Source: Balanoglossus misakiensis (Eukaryota; Animalia; Hemichordata). Taken from it: DNA of 64,000 nt. Positions 1 to 13,900 of the stretch are shown one piece after another. The notes beneath the pieces were generated by a model. The model saw only the letters and a list, made by a program, of their open reading frames with translations. It was not told the DNA's origin and made no database searches. Position 1 is the stretch's first letter; the number at the start of each line of letters is the position of its first letter. The translations under genes and the position numbers were made by a program. The stretch covers positions 10,181,656 to 10,245,655 of the forward strand of contig CM082583.2 of the NCBI GenBank assembly GCA_040954595.2. Reading direction: 5' to 3'.

Positions 1-1991
1 ACATCTCCAATGACATCCGGTACAATACGTCAGGTTTATTGCCATCAAAGTTAAGACGCATATAAGCTTTCAGAAACGGATAAGTAGATTATCACGTGAC
101 GTGGCTGATTCATGAAATGATTCACTGTGCACTATATATTATTGATCGAAAATTGCTCGCCAACATATGCAGTTCGGAACATCTGGTAGTTTCCTCATCG
201 ATTGTGCGTAATATATTTTCTTCTTTAATCGTTTTTCGCCCGTGGCGTTAGAATTCAGTCCGACTCGTGTTAACATAACCTGGTTTGTCGTTGCAGCTTC
301 CATGTTTTTGTTGGGTGATGAATGTGTTAACGGTTTTAGGTTATGAAAGATTTTGGCGGGGGTTCTTCGCCACCGCAATAATTATACAGAGCAGCTCAGT
401 TGTAGTCGCATATATTTTGCCTGTGGTGATTATATTAGCTTGCTGCTTATAACATGCTTTCCCTTCTTCGCGAGCGATTTTTGTCATGCTAATATAAAAA
501 CTTGTGCTGCAGTTTACACGTAATTTTATTATACGTCAGAAAATCTAATTCTTATACTTTTCCTCCCGTTTAATCGAACTAACAGACGAACGCACTGCAC
601 AGGTTGATATAATTTGCGGATCGGTCTACTTGTTTGTGGGGGTGTGAAGACTGAAAATGCTGTGTCCAAACTAGGTCATCAACCGAAGTATTGAACGTCG
701 GCGAGGCGTGTAATTGGGCTTTTAGATTGTGCCATCGTCGACAAGTGTTGCCGTCTGCCGTCAAACTGTTCCAGCGACGGATAGAAGACAGATCTCCAGG
801 TGTCAACGGAGAGTCTGCCATTGAAAAGAGGTGAGCGACTTTGTACCATTCAATTATCAGCATGGAAATGAAATGAAACATATTGCGCTCTGAAAGTATA
901 TGAATGGGTGGGAAGTATGCACGCAAGGATATAGAACTGAATCAATGGTTTTGATGAAGTGAATGCTATATATCATATGTCATCAAAATATCGTCAGGGA
1001 AGTTTTATGTTTCCGTTGTTTGCCAATGATCTCAGCACATATACTCGATATATCGCCTAATGATGGATATTCCCCTGAGCGCCGAGTGAGTCATTCCCCT
1101 ATTATGCATTCTTGCTGCTCGGGTTTCTGTACGAGCTTCGCCGGCTTTACACTGCCGGTTGAGATTTCCAACACGCTGATGCAGCCGAGTTTTCGTCCGT
1201 TGACGTCCGGGGCAGTCCCGGAGGATTTTGCCCAACACGTCACGTGTGCTGCGGTTTGAACGCATGTCGAGCCTTCTGTTGAAACGGCAAGAGTGTTATT
1301 TCGGCCTCTTTCTCGATTGTTAAGGGCCTATCTGAAGTTTTCCCAGCTGAATTACATTACAAAATGTAGGTGAGTACATGTCGTCTGCTACTTAACTGCT
1401 ACGACATTCCCGCCTACAATTGCAAAGCAGCTATTTGAATTCGCCCACGTGGCCTCCAAGACGTTCAAAGATATTTCTATGGCAAATCATTGATTAGTTT
1501 AAAGGGAAAATGTTTCATTTTTTTATCGCAGGCACTTGTCTTCGATGAATATAAAGGGGTGAATGAAGAAACTGGTACAACACTTGTAACATTGAAACTT
1601 GAAAACAAATCATGTTTACTGTTTACACCAAATGGTACGAGGTACGAGGCATTTTATTTTTTACTTCAAAGTGTCTTCCAATTTTCTTCGATAATGTTTG
1701 CATTCCCTTTATTCGGCAATGTCGGGGTATAGCGTGACAAGCATATTTGGTGACGGAATGAATGAAGCCATTTACGCGTCATTTGTGTAGGTTGATGGAG
1801 TCGACCGCACTCTGGTTGAAACCAATGTATTATTTTTTGTTCCATTATTTACTGATACTCGTCTGTCGGTATTATTAATTTCCATCTTTTTTTTCTTACG
1901 CAGAGTCGAAATCCCTGAAATGCAGCGCTGGGTAAGGTAACACAAACATCTGTGAAAGATCAAGTAAAGATTTCTTATCTCCGTCTATGAC

Positions 1992-4900
1992 ATGGCAGCG
2001 TGTTTAGTCTGTGGCTCAGAGGTTGGAGATGAGTCGACTTTTGTCCAATTGTACGACTGTCGCTTGTCTGTCTGTCATGCCGAGTGCTTCACCTGTTGCA
2101 AGTGCTCGTGCACGTTGACTCGAACGACATATCAGTGGGAGGCGGTTGGAAAGAAGTTGTACTGCGAGAAACACTATGTACACTCTTCCGAAACGAAAGG
2201 GGGAGGCTATCTGAAGGAGATGCGAGAACTCAAGTCCAAATGCTTGGGGTACGCCGTGGCTCGGCGCAAGAGCTCAACGGCGTTTCAGATTCAAGTGCCC
2301 GTCGAGGCGTGCAGCTGTCACCGTGCTCACAACGTACGCCAAGTGCCTGGGTACTGGGTGGAGTGCTGGGAAACCGAGGAAGGAGATGAAGACAGAATCG
2401 CTGCCAAGAATCGTGGGGATGTCTCTCTGACGAGCTATGACCAGGAGATTTATGGAAAGCTATTCTACGGATCCGAACACTGGAATTATTTTGCGGATGA
2501 CGAAACGCTTGGGCCGGTGACGGTGGCAGTGAAATTGGAAACTGAAGACAAAAGGGAGTATTTTAGGTGAGCCGCAAAATTGCCGAAATATACGAGGTCA
2601 GAGGTTAAAGTGTTCTGATCCAACTGTAAGCTTTTCTAGGGATAGGCTCCCTCCCTTTGATCAGGTGCGATCGCGGAGTTTAATTTGTTTTAATCTGTCA
2701 TTGATATCGAACGGCAGAATTGCGCGCTTCCGCTGTGCATCTTCTGCGCGATGCTTGGTAATTTATAAGCCCACATCCCTCGAAGCGAAAAGCCCCAGCA
2801 TAAGCCATGCCACTCGACAGCTTCGTGAACATCAAACGAACTCCCAGTAAATCTCTCAAGGACGAATCCGCCGATCAAACATTACTCACCTCATTCAAGA
2901 CACTGTACAACGTAGACAATCATTCAGTCCAATTCATATATTCTATGCATTTATCCACTGTCCGGTTTATTCACTGACTTCCCTTCCGGTTCCACGATCT
3001 CTGACCCACTGACGCGAAGATGCTATCCACTGTCTAGTCAGACATGTTGACTGGGCCACCAAACCATCTGTCCAAAGAACGTCTCACCCAGCCCAAGTTA
3101 CATCTCATTCATTCATTCATTCATTCATTCATTCATTCATTCATTCATTCATTCATTCATTCATTCATTCATTCATTCATTCATTCATTCATTCATTCAT
3201 TCATTCATTCACCCTGAACCAATCATCTCACCCACACTCACGTTCACGTGATAATCACACCCACCTATACCTCATAAGGCTCACCACCCATCCAATCCAT
3301 TACCACATATGACGCACCCGAGCAAGTCAGTCATACATCCATGCGTTAGTGTGCATATCCACCCATCAACAACAAACCCTCCTCGATAGAACTCCACCCG
3401 TTCACCCCCATACAAATCTTGTGATCTGCCCACGCACTAAACCCATTATACACCGACTCACGATCTGCCGTCATCTGTTCGCGAGTTTTGGTCAACGGTG
3501 AAGAGGATTTCTAACCAGGGCTGCGCTTCTTTATCATGCGTTCATTCAATCAATCTTACTTTAACTTCTGTCGATACTAAGACACGGGAAACTACAGAAA
3601 GCCAAGCAGAATTCACATCCGCAGGAAATCAATAAGAACCAACCTGCGTTGTCAATCCCAAATGACGATCATAGTGATTTAGGAATGAAGTTCAAAGATT
3701 TGCATTCAACCCCATTGCGGAGTTAGAGGCTTGCATATATTACACCATCCCATCACCACAAAACACGCCAAAGACATATTGATTATGACAGTCTGATGAT
3801 TCGTTGTGAATTTTGCGTAATAAAAAATCGTGACGACGCGACTGGCGCCAAATTTATGTCTAATCTCTCACTAAGTCACCGCATGGAATGATTTCGATGA
3901 TAATTGAGGACATGTACGTTAAGATGTTTCGGGATCCGCATCACGAATTAATAAATAAATCTCTGACTCGGTTGCCGATCAACACGCCATACATCCGCTC
4001 GTTTCCACGACAACGGCCCATCCCGGTTTGCCGCGCTCAACAAACCTTTTAGAGGGAAAAATTTCGAGAAACAAATATTTCTTGTTCGTTTTAGCTCGTC
4101 TTACTGATCAATAAAGCTTGCAATGGGGAAACATTTACCGACGCAAATCGAAAGGCAAAGTGCTCCGTCAATATTAAACAGATAGATATCAAAACTAACG
4201 ATGTACGTGCAAGGCATACTTCGACGAGGCGGCAGACTTACGGCACAACTGATTGATTTACAAATATGAGAGCAGAAACGCACCACTAATCGTAAAAATT
4301 TCACTGCCAGTACATTCATTTCCATATTCCCACCGCGGTTTAAAGGCTACAAATGCTCAAGAGGTGGTTCCCATTTTTTTAAGAGTATCAACTTTGAAGG
4401 TAGTTAATTGCCGAGGCATTCCCAGCAGATGGATCTGTCTAATCGCCCGTGAAAGTTGCTAAAAAAACATATTTTGCATTTGAATATTGCGAAAGGCCAC
4501 ATTTTGCGTATTTTCAGTGATTTGAATATATTCCACCGCATGCGTATAAGTAAATGTCAAATGACGACGCGTCCAGGCGTTTAAACTAGCTCATAATTCA
4601 CACTTTACTGGAAACCAGTTTATTAGCCGTGAACCTACACAAAATAACCTACCAGAGCCTCCAAAGGTCGATGATTACCCTGTAGGATGTAGAACACAAA
4701 CATTTATTTCCATCACCGTTAGGGCAATAATAACAAACTTTACCCCTGCGGAAGATACATTATAATGTAATAGGTCAAACCGGGTTACGTTATTCGTTCG
4801 CAGGATTGCGCAATGAAAATCAAGATCATCACACGTGACTCACTATGCACGATATTTACATAGTTTACCGTCTCCGGACCCAGAGTCCAGTCCTACGGTC

Positions 4901-7900
4901 CCCACGATTCGCAATTTCAATTATTAAAGACTGCGGGAGACGGGTGTGTACAAGTACGACAACCCGTGTTAAAATGTATAACCACACGGGGGCTTGTGAA
5001 AATTGATATTTCGTGGAATACAAAACTAGACAGTGATGGCATTTGATCTCGTAGATGGTTAGTCCCTACGGAGTTCCGTGACGTGCGCGAAATGTAATGC
5101 GCAAGTCCGTTCTCCCAAATGATTCAACCATTCCGAAAGTCAAATGGTGAAAACGCCCCTGATGACACGTGTCCGTCAAAGTGTACTTCCTGGTACAATT
5201 CAATACCCCCTTCCATTTACATTTTTTTTGTTCAAAGCTGATCAGAGAAGTACGCTCTGCCTTGCATAGGCCTACTGCATGTCACGTCCAATATGGCCGA
5301 TTGGTAGCCATTTTGTGTATGGCGGCCATTTTGTGAATCATTTGTTTTTATACCCGACAGCCACTGCTCTACACATTTGACCTAGCCGGTAGCAACCGCT
5401 CAGAAACTTCTGTTTTAATGTATTTCTTCTTAAAGTTCAATGCACTTTGACATTTATGCACGCGATTACTCTCATTACGCGTGCATTGGCATCGATTTCA
5501 ATTCGAGTACTCCTGATTAGCCGCGGGCAATGTTTCCATTGATAGCGTGTACCTTGGCAGTTTGACGTAGGCGCATGATATGCAACGTCCAAATCAATAC
5601 GCAGTCGAGTCCACCTGTTAAAATACCCATGCCACCCATTTTCGCGCGCTCTAACGGTAAATAGACTACACGGTCTTTCCATGTGTGCAAAATGTGAACA
5701 TTAATTTATGACCGTGATATATGTCATATAATATTCCTCTGTTGGTTGGTATCAGCCTGCTTTATATATTGAGTTCGCCTACCTGTTTTTGACAAATTTA
5801 TGAAGATAATATCACTTTACGAGGCATTTCAGGGGAACACTGCAATAAGGTGTCGTGTTCCCAACGATTCATCATGTCAAAAATGATAGCAACGGACAGA
5901 ACAGCTTTGTGTGTGGTGTTTGTTAAATGTACAATGCGGTATTTTTGTGAGGTGTCGGGAAAATAATCTCTGGTGTGATACGTCTTTAAAAGTAAAATGA
6001 CGAATACAGAAATTTTATTGTTTCATTTTATTTCATGTCTGTATAAATAGTCGAGTCTCAAACATTGAGCGGTGTAAAATATTTGCCTATCCTAGTTGAT
6101 GAACGAGATCTGTCGTTTGGTAAATTACTTGCACATTTCGAGGCATTAAATGATTATTTCCACGTGATCAATGGTACGAATCGAAATTTCGTGAAATTAC
6201 ATCGGCGAGATTGAAGCATGATTGATGATATGGACATTGCCGTCTTTCATTTGATATTCTTTATTTACAGAATTCTGATCCGGACACAAACTGGCATATC
6301 CCACGGCTTGCTTCCGATTGGGTACCTGGCTGCTAATAGATACGACCGCGATGACATCATTCAAGCCATTAGTGCAGAAATTGGCCTGAATCCACCTCTG
6401 AAAATTGCTCAGCTGTCGTTTGCGTCTGCGCCGGATGAACTGATAAAACTTGATCAGGTAAAAACCGACAATTAAAAACTAAAATCCCGCTGGGATAGGA
6501 TATTGAGACATTATTTCCTTGCGGCGGGCAGGCAGAATATGAAATCATCTTTTTTTCATTTTCTCATTATAAATGCGCCTGTTTGAAATGGCGATATTGC
6601 AGCCAACAGTATCTGTTCAGGTATCCAAAATGTCAAGGCGGCAAGCGAGTGCGTCTACAAATAGGAACATATGGGCCGCGGATGTTCCTATTTGAAAACA
6701 ATATCCCTAATTTCTATATTAACGCCATAGTAATAATATGTAAAGGTCATAGACAGCCGAATTGATCACAGAGAGCGCACTTATGGTAGTCTATGAGCAG
6801 AAACGCTAGCTGAGTTCATACATTTTGTGAGATATTGCATATTGGATAAAAGTGGATTAATGTACTTCGATTTACCGCCATGCCGAGTTAATAATTTAAG
6901 AGTACGGGACAGGTGATACGGGATTTTAATGGGCGACATGATAAGCAGCAGTTCGCTGTGCCTCAAAGTGATTGGCATTTATTCCCTCAAATCACTAGCC
7001 CCTTGTAAATGGTACATGGTAAAATTGACAGAGCCAATTCCTCAGAGCTGCACGATGACATCTATTCCCTTATCAAGCTTCTGACAATGAAATGTGATGG
7101 AAGTTCGAACAAACACCAGCTTTAAGCTAAAGGACCCTATATCACCCACCTGTTTTAATTTTAATGCGAACGCACAAGTCATATATTATTCATATCCGTG
7201 GTTCGGATCCAGCCTCTTGACACGACTTTAAGAACACATATCCGAAACGGATTTCAGCAATCTGCCCTTTTAGTGAACGCGCCTCGTTCATCACCAGTTG
7301 TCGACACGTGTCGGTTGAAACAGTAGAAAATCATTAACAGACAGAATTAGAATTTCGTGTATCTTGCGTTATGTATTGGGTGTCACGGCACACTAGCTAA
7401 ATCCAGTGCATTAACATGACGTCACGGGGGTTTGATTTTGATAATGCTAAAGGCAAATTGGGGTTTTTAATAAACTTTCGATAAACTTTTCATCACAAAT
7501 GTCCGATACCATCTACACAACGTGTCTGTTTTGGTTTACCACTATAGGTATTTGTGAAGTCCGAATTGAAAGTTGGTATAGTGTACATAAAGAATGGCCA
7601 AACAAGTGAAGAAGAGATTTTGAAAAATTGTGAACACAGCTCCTACTTTGACGAGTTTCTCGATGTACTGGGAATGAAGGTCAAGCTCAAGGGTAAGTAC
7701 GCCAAACTACCCTAATCGAATTTGTCACGGTAGGGTGTCAAATCTCATTATAATTATTAAATCCGCCATTTTGTCGCCCACGTGACAGTAATATCACTCA
7801 CAGGTGTTGTAAACAGATCTGTCGTTTGTAGTGTAACCGTTTTACGGCAGCAGTTCCTTTTACAAAAACAGACATCCGTCCATTATTAAATTGAATCCTG

Positions 7901-10900
7901 TATCGTATATCTTAAATTTGAAAGGCCAGTATTACCTGATATTAAGGAAATTAATTCTATCTAGGCAAGGTATCTAATTTAAGCATCTTTCTAATGTGAT
8001 GCATAATGTATGATGTGTTTGCAGCCGTTCGAAAACGACGTACTATTATTGTATCTGTTTGTGGCACTTGTTTATGCGCAAGGCATTTGTTATAAACTTT
8101 GAATTCAGCTGGCATCTGTGTCTCTCTTCTTCCGTCGTGACGCATGTATGACGTCACTCTTCACCTTCTTTGGCAGGCTTTACGGGTTATCGTGGAGGTT
8201 TGGACACTGTCAATGACTTCACTGGGAAATTCTCAATCTACACCAAGTGGAAAGATATTGAAATCATGTACCACGTCTCTACGCTGTTGCCATACGAAGA
8301 AAGAGACCCACAGAAGGTAAGAGAGTCAGAATCTGTTAAAGGAGGAAGGTCGTTTGAACTGCGCATGTCTTACAGAACCGATTAAGCGTTGACGTGTCGC
8401 CACAAAATGGTTGAACAGATGTCACCGACATCGACGCATATCTTGAATAATAATGGCTTACCCAATCTCGAATTGTATCAGTTTGTATGCAGACTGACAG
8501 ATGTCTGACAGTGAATCGCGATATCGTTGCCCGAGTTTGCATAGCTGCGATTTCATTGACGTTAGCTTTTCATCGATATCACATTGAACACACATACAAA
8601 TGTCAACCGACATTCATTCAGCTTGATTTATTATTTTATCTAACTGTTATATTGAATATACCTTAATGGAAAACGCAGCCATCACGGTCTACTACTGATC
8701 CACAAAGATTGCCAACACAGCGCCTCTTTATAATTACATTTTTCTCCGAGGTAAATTTGATTGATAATCGTTTCTGTCATTCATTCAATCTGAAAACGCC
8801 AGAGGCGACATTTTCTTTCTACTGTTGTGACATTGAAGTGTCCGGGGTCTCTTGGACTAGAATCAGCCCCTGACATTCCGCTTAGAATTGTCCAAAAGTT
8901 TGCAACCAGACCAGATCTGCATACATGTACTTGTCACTCCAGTCCAGAATGATCCTACGACAGTTGTAAAGCTACACAAGTTACTACGTAAACCCGCTCG
9001 TTCTGACAATTTGAAAGCGAGAAAGGAATCAAGGGGGAATTTACTTGTGGGCACGACAGGTGGTTTGCACACAAACACCAAGGAATTCATTATCCACACC
9101 TGACTACATGCAGCCTGTTTCATAAAAATTACCAGCTGCGTTGTCGCCGTCATATTGGAACGGCAGCTGTTGTCGCGTGTTTTGTTCTCAAATCTTGCCC
9201 TGGTTGGCAGTTTTCATGGCTAAAGCATTGCGAAGTAAAAACCTAAGGTATCCAAAATTCCGATGAATCCTCGCTCGAACGAGTCCTCGAACTGACTCTG
9301 CACGGCGCTCGGTTTCGATTCAGAGTGCATGCACAATCACCGGTCACTGATGCGACAGCATGCGGTGACGTGACTACTCATTGCATTGGCTGACTCAGAA
9401 AGACTTGCTCAAAACACCGTCTGACTGAGCAGGGCGATCAATACTGCAAAACAGGTTTCTGTGACGCAAGCGGTGTGCATAGAGTATAGATCTTATGACA
9501 CTAGCAGAAGGGCATACTATAGATTAAAATCAAGCTGAAATAATAATGTTAAAATGGTGACACCAAGCACTAGCGATAAAACTGTACTCTTTTTAACACA
9601 GTGTGTACCAGAGAATGTTGAATTTTTAGTGATTACGTGACCAAAAAAATCCCGACACTTGTCAAAAATGTATTGACGGTTATTCTTTGTTTTATTGACC
9701 GTAACCTATTTGCGTGTTTATTTTAGCTTCAACGTAAACGTCACATCGGCAATGATATCTTGTGTGTGGTGTTCCTGGACCCAGGCGACACTGAGTTCGT
9801 CCCAAACACGATCAAATCCCACTTCCTGCACACGTTCATCGTCGTCAAGCCCGTATTCAAGGAGCCGCTGCGATTCGCTGTCTCCGTAGTGTCACGTGAC
9901 GAAGTTCCCGCTTACAACCCTTCGCTATCTGGAGGACACGTCTTCGAGAAGGTAAATCAGTGGTCGAATCAATATATACCGATCATTAGTATTATTATTC
10001 CACTCGAACTGTGTGTAAGGTAAACATATGTCGTGCTCTGCATATGCGCTATTGCGTAGCCCGACATAAACATGGTAAACATAAGCGAGACAAATGATCA
10101 AAACAATCTGTAACAGAGAATGACATCTCCGAAAGTCTTGGGGTTGAATACTAAAAGCCACGCGTCTGCCGTACTGGAGTAAGAAAATATGTACCGGGAA
10201 CGACAAAATCCTTCAACTGTATATTAACGTTATACTTTCGAGTAGACAGAGTTCTAGTGAAGCCTTACATGACCGCTGTAGGAAATCATGTCAGAAAATT
10301 GCGGAAACCGACCTTTCACATCTGTCTGAGTAAGAGCAGAAATTTATATTCGCTTCACTCCCTCGCATGATAGCGTGAGATTGTGTTTGCTGCCGAAAAA
10401 CCGTTGTGCAGCTGATGAAGACACTTCCTGTTATGCCGTTTGCGTCTGAGTCCATTAACACAAAAGTATAATACTGTACAGTACAGTACAGTACAGTACA
10501 GTACAGTACAGTACAGTACAGTACAGTACAGTACAGTACAGTACAGTACAGTACAGTATCATAGTTCATACTTCTCATGTGACTGAATGTACTTGTATTG
10601 TCTATACTCATGCTATCTTCTCCTTATAATTCACGCAAGAAAATCTGCCTAGCACGAGACTTGACAAATCACGCCCGCGTAGAACAACTTAACTCTGGGA
10701 GATTACCACTAACACGTATATTTCAGTAAGTTCGGCCACGTTAATGGGTGCAAGTGGCTGTAAGAGTCTCATAAATTATTGCCTGCTCAACTCATTTTCT
10801 GCGGGATCCGTCTGCCGCTGCGCATTAGAACTGAGTTTTAGATGAAATGGTATCCATAGTTACCTTTGGCTGATGTGTCTGCATCTTTTTTTTTTCAGGG

Positions 10901-13900
10901 GCCCGGTTTTCGAGAGTGGATGCTGACAAAGATTATCAACGGGGAAAGAGCATGTTACACTGCCCCAAAATTTGCCCGAATGCAGGTGAGGAAATAAATT
11001 TATCGCAATCAAACCTAGGAAAAATTAAAATCGCATTTACATGTAAGAAGGTCAAAGTTCACCTAGAGTGGTAGTAATAAATCCTGTCAAAATTATGCAC
11101 TCTCATTATATTTGTTAAGCGCATAATCTTCACGAAGTATCATATATAATCGAGTACGAAATACGAGACTCGCCACGCTGCAAACATTATTTACCATGCA
11201 AGTAGGGCCCACGGACCAGATTATGAAACAGATTTCCTTGCAAATGGATTTTCGCTGAAAGACCTTGCGGTCTATATAGTCATTAGGTTTATTTTTCATG
11301 ACTGCAACAGATTCCTCCCAGTTGCATCCGTCCTTCAAAGAAAGGGGGTCATTATATCTGAAGATACTGCAGAGTGCAAAATACAATGGATTTAAAATAT
11401 TATCATAGTGCATTTATCTGAGAGAGGTGAATGGAATATCCCAGCAAGGGCTGGTTCCAGATCTCGGATTTGCATCCGAACTTTCTCTCTGATTACTCCG
11501 CCAACAATGATAATCGCGCATGGGTAATCGCTCAGGCTTGTAGACGGTCGAGATCACGTGACACGCATCCACAATATCGAAGTCGCTGCTTAGGTTTTCA
11601 TTCTTGCTGTGTTCAGCGGTCCCCAGGGATGAGAATCCGAATTACAAACTGAAATTTTGAAATTCACCACTGTATATCAAAACAGCTGAGTGGCGTATGT
11701 TATCTTCTTGGTTTAAAGACACGAGTCGATGAATTGCTGAACCGCGTGAGCTATCATTTTTCAAAAATCGATCCATTTATATACGTTGAATTATGAAAAG
11801 TGCGGCCTTGGCATTTCAATTTTCCTTGGAACGAAATAATCCCAGTTTGAATTCTATATCATACATGTATACGGTCACGTCGCATTGATACATGCCCAAT
11901 TACCGTACAAGGGCGGGGGTGTCGGAGTGTTAGATAACAATATGGTGGCACATGCGCACTTTTCTTGACTCCAAGTAAAAATCAGGTTGATGATACCTGT
12001 GGGTAAAGTTATACTGTTGACAGGGTGCCTTTGAACTCAGTAGCATTTCTACTTTTTCGGTGCTAATAAATCATCAGCGATTGTAAAATAAAATAAATTC
12101 AATTCAGTTTTTCGTTGTTTGTTTTGTAGGACCGGACTCGACTTCAGATGCTTGAAGAGTTGGTCGGTGGATTTCAGGTCCACTTGGAATCTTTACATGG
12201 AAGAGACATCAGGAAACTACAGAGGTAAATTTCACAATCCCTTGTGCCACAGTTACACTACAGTAGCCCTTCAATCCGCGGCGCTCCCTGTTATGTAAAT
12301 TAGTCTGTCGAATGGAGCTCATCAGACAGTCCTGACTCTCAAAGAGCGACGAAAAATATCAAGACATGATCCGGGAAACCAAGAGCCTAACTAGCCTCTT
12401 GTGATCTTCTTAGCACGCGCCATCGATTTCGCGTCGTTTTAAAATTCAAGTGTTATAGCAAATCAGAGTTCATTAATAATGCAGGTGTAAACACATCGAG
12501 TTCGCAGACACACGAACTTATCTCACCTAGCAGACGACTCCATCATATACGCTTTTTTGACTTTTGACACTCATTTCCCCGCGAAAGTGGCGGGATACGT
12601 CCTCAAGCAACACTTTTACATTATATTTGACTGACACAGAAGGGGTTCTCAGAGCGGAATATACGTCTGTTCGTCAGAAGTGTAAGCGGGCATTTGCATC
12701 CGAGTATATGTACATGCTGACGACGTCGATTGTGTATGACACACACGTTACCGATTCTCAAAATGGAAGAACTTCGACCCATACTCAGCCAGGTTAATGA
12801 AGATTAACCAAATTGTATCACACAAGGAGTGGATTTAATGTTTGGTGATGCGAGTGTAGAATGCAACTGTTTAATAGCGGCAACGGACGCATATACGCCT
12901 GCAGATAGACCGGGATATATGTCATCGAGGGGTCGTGTCGTATCGTTGATTGGACATAGACCTTCTTCCCTGCGAAAATAACTCATTCAGTGAACGTACT
13001 GACTGAATCCATTTACCCAACCATGTGGACTCAGTGCATTTCATGAAGAGATGATATAGATACGCCACAATCGCTTTACGAGGCGGGCGTTTTCAATCAC
13101 ATATTAAAAGCCTGTATAAATTCACCATGCTTCTGAGCATTCTCAATCTAAATTCAAAATGTCTGCCATCGAATTCGGAGCGTTGCCTGAGCATTTGTCA
13201 GTAATCCTCGCCACGGTCATAGCTTCGCGGTCAGACAGACCATGGACATACAGACAGAATAAACGAATCCTGCGATTTCTCTCATAACACACAGTTTTTT
13301 CCTGTTTTATATAAATAGTCGCAGAGGAAGCTGGTTGCCGATATCATACTGCAGGTAAGTCTTAGCATCACAAATTGATCATAATTGGACCAAAATACCT
13401 TCGGGCCAAAGCTTCTATTCAACGCACAAACTAAATGTCATACGTATTAATGGAATTATCAGAGTCTTGATATAAGTCGGAACCCCTCGGGGACACAGCA
13501 TCCGGGAATTTGGCATTAGTCGGAGACCCGGATATTCGTCCAGGAGAAGTCGCCGACAACGGATATAACCTATATACGTTGCTTTATAAATCAATGCGTC
13601 GCTCCTACTGTGCCATTGCATCTAAAATAAATAGGAGATTATATTTTATTACATTGGTTATTACTGAAATTGTGTAATTGACAATAAAGATGAAAGATGC
13701 GCAGGGTCAATCTTCCACGCTCTATTTACGGCATGGTTTCAATAATTCATTAATTGGACATTATTACGCCATCAATCATATTTGTGGGATAAAGTCCATA
13801 CGCATCATTGGGTCATGCTATCATCGTCACAGCTAGAGGGGGCGCCGATTTCGGTAGTGTGTTCGAGCATAGACAGCAGATGCGGGGCTATCTCGTCTCT

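Noticed and set aside
1-1991. Several short ORFs upstream of the RapGAP gene, and ATG-CAG-CGC-TGG|gtaag at 1920-1932
   Set aside because: No recognisable domains, and the splice phase does not fit the LIM exon. Probably promoter and 5' UTR exons.
10291-10611. Minus-strand ORF with TVLYC repeats
   Set aside because: It is a translation of the (GTACA)n microsatellite.
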